A stretch of DNA of 45,314 bases from NCBI GenBank assembly GCA_903832205.1, contig CAILAH010000063.1, positions 1 through 45,314 of the forward strand. Reading direction: 5' to 3'. The DNA is from an uncultured Candidatus Micrarchaeota archaeon (GTDB lineage Archaea > Micrarchaeota > Micrarchaeia > CAILAH01). Position 1 is the first letter of the stretch, and every line of letters starts with the position of its first letter. The notes below the pieces were generated by a model, which saw nothing but the letters and a program-made list of their open reading frames with translations, ran no database searches and was not told where the DNA came from. Shown piece after piece: positions 28,355 to 35,800 of the stretch. A program made the translations under genes and the position numbers.

Positions 28355-29719
28355 ATGGTAAAAGTCGTTTCCACTTACGGCCCAATGCTTGAGCAGAAAG
28401 GCCTTCTAGAATCGGTGTGCACCGAAAGCGACGTCCTGCGCATTAACATCTCGCACACCACCATTGAGCAGGGCATACACCAGTATAATCTTCTCAGAAA
28501 ATTCGGCAAGCCCATCATGATAGATACCTGCGGGCCCGAGGTGCGCATCCGCACAAAGGAGAAATTCCTGCTCAAAAAAGGCCAGCACATAAAGATAGGC
28601 AGGCCAAACTCATCGGCGAAGATATGCCTGGACCAGGACATCTATCCTCACATGAAGGCCGGTGAGATGATTTATTTCGACGATGGAATGGTGGCAGTTT
28701 CGCTGGTATCAAAATCGAAGGGCCTGATGGAGTTCCGCACGCACGAAGATGTTGAGATAAGGGACCATATGGGCGTCAACATGAAGGGGCGCTCGTTCAA
28801 CTTTCCCGCGCTCAGGAAATTCGACATTAGCGTGCTTCGCTCCACTGCGCCCACATTTGTCGCGCTCTCATTTACCAGGACGGCAGCGGACATAAAGGAG
28901 GCGCGCAGGCACACCGATGCAAAAATAATCGCGAAGATAGAGAATTGGGACGGCGTGAAGAACATAGGATCGATAATGGATGAAGCGGACGGTGTCATGA
29001 TTGCCCGTGGCGACCTGGGCGTTGAGGTCCCGGCCGAAGAGGTTCCCATAATACAAAAGGAGATAATCGAGCTTGCAAACAACCACGCAAAGCCCAGCAT
29101 AGTCGCAACCCAGGTGCTATACTCAATGGTTGAGCACCCGGTCCCCACGCGCGCGGAGGTGAGCGACATCGCAAACGCAGTGCTTGACGGCACCGATGCA
29201 ATCCTGCTTTCCAACGAGACCGCAGTGGGAAAATATCCGCTGCAGGCGGTACGCGAGGTGAAGAAGGTGGGCAAGCGTATCGCATCCCACGTCTGCACGA
29301 AAATCCAGGGAAATTTGCACATTAAATCCCTTGACACGGCATCTGAAATTCTCAGCAACACCATCTACTCAATAGCATCCAAAAGGGAAATCGACAAGAT
29401 AGTCGTGATAACGCGCTCCGGCTACAACGCGCACATGCTTTCCAGGTTCAAGCTGCCCAAGCCGCTGCTTGCGATAACCACTGAAGAAAAGGTCGCGCTT
29501 GAGCTCAACCTGCTCTACAATGTCACCCCAGTCAAGTGGGAAGCCCTGCCGAAGAAGAACGTCGTGCCAAGGGCTGCCCTATTCTGCCTTGAGCACGGGC
29601 TCATAGATGAGACAGACACGGTGGTGTTCACCGCGGCGGTGAGGACGCAGAAGAAGGACATAATGAACCTTATCGAAGTGCACGACATGAAGGACATGCT
29701 GCAGTATCTCGAGTTTTGA
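28355..29719 (+). CDS. pyk: Pyruvate kinase
   Basis: STYGP, RINISH, DTCGPEVR, IIAKIEN, DGVMIARGDLGVE, ATQVLYSM, PTRAEVSDIANAVLDGTDAILLSNETAVGKYP. Confidence 0.96.
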   Translation: MVKVVSTYGPMLEQKGLLESVCTESDVLRINISHTTIEQGIHQYNLLRKFGKPIMIDTCGPEVRIRTKEKFLLKKGQHIKIGRPNSSAKICLDQDIYPHMKAGEMIYFDDGMVAVSLVSKSKGLMEFRTHEDVEIRDHMGVNMKGRSFNFPALRKFDISVLRSTAPTFVALSFTRTAADIKEARRHTDAKIIAKIENWDGVKNIGSIMDEADGVMIARGDLGVEVPAEEVPIIQKEIIELANNHAKPSIVATQVLYSMVEHPVPTRAEVSDIANAVLDGTDAILLSNETAVGKYPLQAVREVKKVGKRIASHVCTKIQGNLHIKSLDTASEILSNTIYSIASKREIDKIVVITRSGYNAHMLSRFKLPKPLLAITTEEKVALELNLLYNVTPVKWEALPKKNVVPRAALFCLEHGLIDETDTVVFTAAVRTQKKDIMNLIEVHDMKDMLQYLEF

Positions 29720-29766
29720 GCGAAAAACAAATATTAAAAAGCTATTACAACCGAAGATATATTCGT

Positions 29767-29996
29767 GCCGAGGTGGCAGAATCCGGTAATGCGTACGCCT
29801 TGAGTATGGGTGAGGGAGAAGCGTCTCCCTCTCCCATAAGACCCAACTCCCTCTCAAGAGGGTTTTGGACTCCTGTGGATTGAAATTCTCCTTCGTATGA
29901 GGGGGAGGTGTAGACCACACGAGGAGGGGGATACTTCCCCCTCATCAGTGAGCGTATGTCCGCAAGGACTCAGGAGTTCAAATCTCCTCCTCGGCG
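29767..29996 (+). tRNA. tRNA-Ser(UGA) with a 146-nt intron; exons 29767-29804 and 29951-29996
   Basis: Acceptor stem GCCGAGG/CCTCGGC with G73, anticodon stem TACGC/GCGTA with loop CT-TGA-GA, variable arm GTCC-GCAA-GGAC, T arm AGGAG-TTCAAAT-CTCCT; T-rich trailer. Confidence 0.9.
29805..29950 (+). other. tRNA-Ser intron (37/38) containing module C and an inverted short element B (29907-29950)
   Basis: GGTGTAGACCACACGAGG-hairpin-CATCAGTG is the reverse complement of the element B core. The boundary is ambiguous by 1 nt. Confidence 0.8.
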
Positions 29997-30014
29997 CTTT
30001 CTTTTTTAATTTTT

Positions 30015-30082
30015 CGCCTCGTCGGTTTTGCCTTCGGCAAAATCTCTGCAGCAAAGAGCTGCAGATTTCCTCCTCGGCGCTT
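30015..30082. repeat. Palindromic element D whose right arm duplicates the tRNA-Ser 3' end
   Basis: CGCCTCGTCGG...CCTCCTCGGCG encloses hairpins TTTTGCC-TTC-GGCAAAA and TCTGCAGC-AAAGA-GCTGCAGA. TCCTCCTCGGCGCTT occurs at both 29985-29999 and 30068-30082. Confidence 0.75.
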
Positions 30083-30086
30083 ATAA

Positions 30087-30683
30087 TCACTTAAGCGAAT
30101 CCCTAATTTTCCTCAATAATTCGTCCGGCTGGGCAGCGCCCCTAATCCTAAGCCTGTTGTTTATATTGGTCATGGGCGTCGCGCTAATGTCATACTTTGT
30201 CGCCAATTCCGGGAAGAAAGTAACATCAATAATCCGCACCTTGATCTTATCATTGAGCGCTGCAAGCTCATAGGCCCACCTTACCTGCGGCGGCGAGTAG
30301 TCGCAGTTTGCCATTACAAAAACGTCAATGTCAACCGGCTCACCAATGGCCATCACCGCAACCCTTGCATCATTATCCATGATATATCTCGCGTTTGACA
30401 AATCAACGAGATAATTCACGAGCACCCACATCTGCTTGCCCATGGGGAATCCCATGTAAGTCAGATTGTCTAATATCCTAACCCCTGGATATCCCTCGGC
30501 CACCCTTGTTTCCTCAACAACAATCTGGCCCTTGGATGCCTCGCCGATTTTCCTCCCGAATTGCCTGAGCGAATCGCAGAGGTTGCAGTTGGGCCCGGTC
30601 AATATCTGCAGCTTCAGCCCCTTATTTAGCTTTGAGAATTCCTTCTCAAGCAGTGAGAACGTGATGTCGTCAATGGCGGGCAT
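30087..30683 (-). CDS. Protein disulfide oxidoreductase (two thioredoxin folds, PDO/AhpF N-terminal-like)
   Basis: CNLC in the first unit; VFVMANCDYSP, ELATKYDISATP, INN...RGA in the second. Confidence 0.85.
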   Translation of the reverse strand: MPAIDDITFSLLEKEFSKLNKGLKLQILTGPNCNLCDSLRQFGRKIGEASKGQIVVEETRVAEGYPGVRILDNLTYMGFPMGKQMWVLVNYLVDLSNARYIMDNDARVAVMAIGEPVDIDVFVMANCDYSPPQVRWAYELAALNDKIKVRIIDVTFFPELATKYDISATPMTNINNRLRIRGAAQPDELLRKIRDSLK

Positions 30684-30686
30684 TTT

Positions 30687-32816
30687 TTAGGGCACCCCCT
30701 GAACGTTAGGAACATTATTTGTTGCAGGCACGTTGCCTGTATTTGCCGCAACTTGGTTCTTGATAAGGTCCTGCTTCTGCTCCTTTATCTGCGCCTGCAG
30801 CTTCCCCATATCGCACTCGTTCCTGTAATCATGGTACGCCTTGAGCACTTTGCAGGGCAGGTCATTCTTCACGGTTTCGCTCTCCCCATTGCCCTTCTTT
30901 ATGGTCACACCGTTGCAAATGGAAACCAGGTTGTAGCTCGGAACATTCATCGCCAGGTCAGATTTTTTGTCAAGCAATTCAGAGTACATGTCAGGGCTGT
31001 TCTTCAAGAGCACATACATGAACGCGGCCTTGCCAAGCTCGCTCTCATAGCTCTTGGTCGGGTCGATATTATTGCGGTTTATTATGCCGGCCGTGTTCAG
31101 CCGGTCCTCCATATCATACCAGTCCTTGCAGTTGTCAATCTCCACGCCGAGCGTCATGAACGCATGGACGAGATGCCTGCTCAATCCGCATCTCTCCGCA
31201 ATCACTTCTGATTTTGGGTAGAATTCCAGGCATCTTGGCAGGTAGATAATCTTCGGCTTCACTCCCGAGTCAGTGCTTCCCGAATCCGTTTTCTGTTGTT
31301 CCTCCTGTGTGGGCATTCCGGGGGCAGTATAGCTGTCCCAGCCTGTCCATCCCTTTGCAACATCCTCCATTGCCCCGAAATCAATCTCCGGGATGCAGGG
31401 CTCATAGGAAATGGCCCCAGTGTTTGTTGTGCTAAGCTGGTCCGCAGAAAGCTTGTTTATCTTGTCCAGCTCTTCCTGGCCAAGGTAAAGCATTGGATAA
31501 TCCGTGAGGTAATCGCACTCCTGCGTTAAGTTAACCCCGTTGCTTTGGAACGTGATTGGCTCCTTTTTGTAAGGGGGGCTGTTGTAGTATTTGCACAGCG
31601 CAAACCAGTCGCGCATATCCCCGTTCAGGGCCGATGCCCCCGCAGTGGGCGATGTTGAGAGAGTTGACATGCTGTATGCGTTCTTGCTGGGGTCATTGTT
31701 AAGCGGGTTTTCCGGATAATCAAAATACTGCGAATATGCCGCGCCGAAAATTCCCGTCATTCTCATCATCGTTATTCCGCTATAGAATTCCAACACAATG
31801 TTGTTTGTCTGGCCGCTGCAGGCCTGGTCAATGGAGAAGATGAGGAATGACGGCTTCCCGTACCTGTTCAGCACGAACCTGCTCCTGTTTGTTGTATCTA
31901 TGATTGCAAGCCCGGCATCGCAATTGTACTTTTCCTTGTCCACGTTGACCGTAAGTATTACCGCGCTGACCTTTGCCATTTGCGTCTTATAGTTGGTGTT
32001 TAGCGCATCCAGCGTCTCAAATATCTCCGCATCGGTCTCCTGCTTTGGGAACACTGCCACCTTGCACCCTTTCACGCTCTTCGTTTCGTATTTGTTGCAA
32101 GCCCCGTTTACATCGGTGTCAATGCAGTACTTCTCAGTGGAGCCTACGCACCCCTCGTAAATCGCATCAATCTGCGCGCTAATCTCCTTCACTTTGCTTT
32201 TATCAAACCTCGCTTCAGGCGACATGAACACCGGCGCGGTTGGGTACATCGTGTCAGTGAATGTCTGCTTCATGAAATCCTTAATCCACGCGCTTTCATA
32301 ATACGTGCCTTCGGTGTAAATGACATAGAACGGTATTGCTCCCTTGCTCAGCGCGCATTCCACCGTATCCCCTTCGCTTGAGTCAAAAGTGCCGAACTTT
32401 TTCTGGTTATAGAACGGCGGCCTGTACTTTGAGTAGAGCACCTTCACAACATATCCCTCGCCCATATTGCAGCGCAGGTTTGCCTGCTCATACTCGGTGT
32501 AGGTGGCCCCCTGCCCTATCTCGAACTCCCTCACATAATTTCCCTTGTTATTGGTGAGGTAGGAATAGAGATAATCGCGCGAGCAGTTCTCAACAAAGAA
32601 GCAGGAGCCGCTATCAAGGCCCGTTGTGAACATTCCAAGGAACGCATTGCTCGACCCGTTTGTGCACATCATGCAGGTGCACTGCTGGTCCTTTATGACG
32701 CTAATGGATGCGTTCAGCACATACATTTTGTAATCACTAGGATTCTGAAGGCATCCCGCAAGCATCACTACTGATGCCAGAATGAGCACTAAAGCCAAGC
32801 TGAAATTAATCTTCAT
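30687..32816 (-). CDS. Large hypothetical lipoprotein (about 709 aa) with many Cys
   Basis: Start placed at ATG 32816 (MKINFSLALVLILASVVMLAGC, lipobox), overlapping the upstream stop as ATGA; CTCMMC motif near the N-terminus. Confidence 0.8.
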   Translation of the reverse strand: MKINFSLALVLILASVVMLAGCLQNPSDYKMYVLNASISVIKDQQCTCMMCTNGSSNAFLGMFTTGLDSGSCFFVENCSRDYLYSYLTNNKGNYVREFEIGQGATYTEYEQANLRCNMGEGYVVKVLYSKYRPPFYNQKKFGTFDSSEGDTVECALSKGAIPFYVIYTEGTYYESAWIKDFMKQTFTDTMYPTAPVFMSPEARFDKSKVKEISAQIDAIYEGCVGSTEKYCIDTDVNGACNKYETKSVKGCKVAVFPKQETDAEIFETLDALNTNYKTQMAKVSAVILTVNVDKEKYNCDAGLAIIDTTNRSRFVLNRYGKPSFLIFSIDQACSGQTNNIVLEFYSGITMMRMTGIFGAAYSQYFDYPENPLNNDPSKNAYSMSTLSTSPTAGASALNGDMRDWFALCKYYNSPPYKKEPITFQSNGVNLTQECDYLTDYPMLYLGQEELDKINKLSADQLSTTNTGAISYEPCIPEIDFGAMEDVAKGWTGWDSYTAPGMPTQEEQQKTDSGSTDSGVKPKIIYLPRCLEFYPKSEVIAERCGLSRHLVHAFMTLGVEIDNCKDWYDMEDRLNTAGIINRNNIDPTKSYESELGKAAFMYVLLKNSPDMYSELLDKKSDLAMNVPSYNLVSICNGVTIKKGNGESETVKNDLPCKVLKAYHDYRNECDMGKLQAQIKEQKQDLIKNQVAANTGNVPATNNVPNVQGVP

Positions 32817-35800
32817 GGTGTTCCCCCTGTCCCGTACATTCCCATGTACATATTCCTGAGCCTTTCGCTCAGGGTCTCGTAAGTCTTCCACGAGTCGCCG
32901 CGCCAGGGCGGCCTCGAGATGTAATTCTTCGCCCTAATGGCAGAATACTTCATGTGGTTGCGGTACTTGTATGCCGAGCCCAAGCCGAAAAGTCCCAGCA
33001 ATGCCGGTGCGGTTAACATCGGCATGAAATACATCGCTATCGCAGGTACGAGCGGCTGCCACCTGGTCTCCTCGGCGAACTCCGTCATGCGCACAATCTC
33101 CGTTGCAACCTCAGTGGGCTTCATCGTCCTCTTGTAAAAGTCCGCATATCCTGAATACCTCATTGCGGGTGTTGAGAGCTGCGGGTTGTAATGCATAATT
33201 CCCCAGCCCCTGTTCGGGTACATTGATTCCGGCCCGCCCAGCGCGGTCTCTATGAAGTTAATCTCCCTCCCCGCAATGAAGCCGGAGTTGGCCACAACGC
33301 CGTATATGCCCACATCCATGAGGTGCTCGGGCGTCTTCTTCATCGACCTGCTTTCCTTCATGGAGAATAGGATGTCCTGGAAGTCAATCACAATATCATT
33401 GGGCTTGTAGAGCAGGTAGTTGAGGCAGTCCCTCGGCCCCCTCGCAGTGGCGCGGAAGTCATCGGTAAACATCTCCAGCAGTTCAGAAATCCTCATCTCA
33501 CCGTAGGGATTCCTGCTCAAAAGGTAGGGCGCAAAAACCGGCGGGCTCCTGTCCTTTGCAGTTGTCCTGATTACTTCGCCGAATTTAGCAAGCCTGTCCT
33601 TGAACTTCATGTACATCATTGCCTTTACCGAGTTCATCTTGTCGCCAAAAAAGCCGCCAGTGCCTTTCATCGGCTCGTATACCGCGGGCACGCCGGTCAT
33701 GAGCCGGGTCACCGAATATCTCTGGGCATACGTTCTTTGCACCTTCCTGATTGGGTGCGCAAGCATCATTGAGGTGAACCAGCCGGCATTGCCGTGCCTG
33801 CCGTAAGTCACCAGCTGCTGCATCAGGGTTGATGGCAGCGGCCCTGCAAACTGGTATCCCGCCTGCCCTGAAAAGTTGAGGCCGTACCCCTTCATGCGGG
33901 TGTGCGCCTGGGCGGCGAACGTTGAGTACAGTGTGTATGCCCTCATGAGGAATTTCTCCGATATGAACGCGGAGTTTCTCAGGTGCGCAATCATCAGATT
34001 CTCAAATTCGGTCCTCTCCTTGGCCTTCGTCTTGACAGCCTCAGAATATAGCTTTATCTCATCAACAATGCTGAACGGCGTCTTAGCCCTAGCCGAAGTT
34101 TTTCCTTTCCATTTGGCCATCTGGAAGTTGCCGAATCTCATCAGCTTTAATGAAAGGTCCCTGCTGATTTCAGAAAGCGTGAGGTTCCAGAATCTCTTGT
34201 ACTTCGCCCTCTCCATGTTGATTGGCTCAAGCAGCTCATCGACCTTCATGCCCGCGGAGAGCTTGTCTTCAAGGCCGTGCATGCCGTCATACCTCTGCAG
34301 GTAATCTTTCACTTTCGCTTTCATTCCTATTCTCAGAGACTTAATTTTATGCGATATCTCCTCATTGTTCCTATGCAGTGCGCCTACCCCATAGCTTCCA
34401 TTAAGCAGGTGATGAAATGCCTGCGCAAATTCGATTGCATTTTCAGATGACCTAAGCCTCTTGGTGATTATTTCCAGTGCGCCTGGCGGCAGGGAAGACA
34501 GTGCTGACCTAACCTCGCTGTCCGCAAGAATTTCATCTGCAAGCGTTCTGAAATTTGCTGGAGTGGCCGCACTCCTAATCTTGCCTGCATATCTCATTTC
34601 GACTCCCGCTGCGTTTATGGTGAATCCGGCTTCTTTGTACACTCCTGCATCCACAAATACCGACTCAAACATGCTATTGAACGCGCGCTCCAGCTCTGCC
34701 TTGCTTTTTGCGCTTGTTATCTTTGCCTCAATTCCCCTCATTTTGCTTGCCCTATAAGTTACATCTTGGGATGCTGTCAAGGCAGCACTTATTTCAGGGT
34801 CGGCAAGGATTGTTGCTGCCACTCTGCCGCAGTCTGCAGCGTTCGCAATTGCGCTTATCTGCGGCCCATACTTGGCTTCCAGGGCGGCCTTATCAATAAT
34901 CAGGTTTTCCATTGATGGAAGTGCGGCCTGCACCCTTTGCTTTGCCCTATCAAGCTTGCCAATGAGCTCATCAACGGCAGTGTCAACCAGCGTAAGGTCC
35001 TTCTTCGTCTCCTTGGCTGGATCCTTTGACGCCTCAATCTTGCTCTTTATGTCTTTCAGCAGGTCATCAATTTCCTTCTCGGCATCCGGCGGCAATGTAA
35101 GGCCCTTGAGCTCACCCTTCAGCTGCTTCACGAACGTGCTCTTGGAAACGTTCTCAATGAATCCGATTTCTTTCCTCGCGTAATCAAGCTCGTGCTGGCC
35201 TTCCTCCTTTCTTAGCCTGCTCTTGCTCATAAGGTCTAGCAGATTCTCCTGCATCACGAATTCCCCGACCAAATTCTTGCAGGTGTCTATCACTTTGTCT
35301 AGTTCTATGAGTTCGTCTGGTTTTTTCGGGTTACGGTAACGCAAATCTCCTGCAGTTTCCACAACATTGATTGCATCAAGCACCTTCAGGTACTCCCCAA
35401 GAATTTCCATCTTCTTTCCTTGCCTGTCATAGTCCTCAGGGCTTATTGTGGGGCTCTTGAGCATCCTATCAATCGTTGTAATCTCCGCTTTAATTCCCGG
35501 GATACCCCTGATGTTGTTTATATCACTCAGCTTAAGCTCGCGCCCTGCCAAATCCGTTTCCATTTTTTCCTTTATGTTGATGAGCTCGGTTTTCAAATTC
35601 TCTTTGATTTTTTCCGGCTTGAGCATGATCTTGAGTATCTTGTTAAACTCCTCCTTGTCAATCTCGGCCTCCCTGCTCATCAAATATTTCAGCTTGTAGG
35701 CCTCGACAAGCTTATTCGCAAGCTGCTCATTCCTTGTAACGTCTTTTGTGAACTCGGTATTGCCGCGGAATGCGCCAAGCACGTGCTTCTTGAGATATCC

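Noticed and set aside
27647-29950. Group I self-splicing introns in the tRNAs (fragments such as AATCTCAGCCCAAG, GGTGTAGACCAC and TTAGTCCG loosely recall group I core motifs)
   Set aside because: The introns are short for group I, the motifs are split across different introns and strands, both Glu introns end in A and not G, and BHB-type helices explain the Glu junctions.
29907-29950. Hammerhead ribozyme on the minus strand (CUGAUGA followed by a stem)
   Set aside because: No GAAA follows the stem, and the other B copies read CUGAUGG.
29767-29996. tRNA-Leu or tRNA-Sec identity for the long-variable-arm tRNA
   Set aside because: The anticodon reads TGA (Ser), the discriminator is G, and the acceptor and T stems are the standard 7/5 bp.
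19917-30082. CRISPR array
   Set aside because: The repeats are dispersed, up to about 100 bp long, have no regular spacers, and no cas genes are present.
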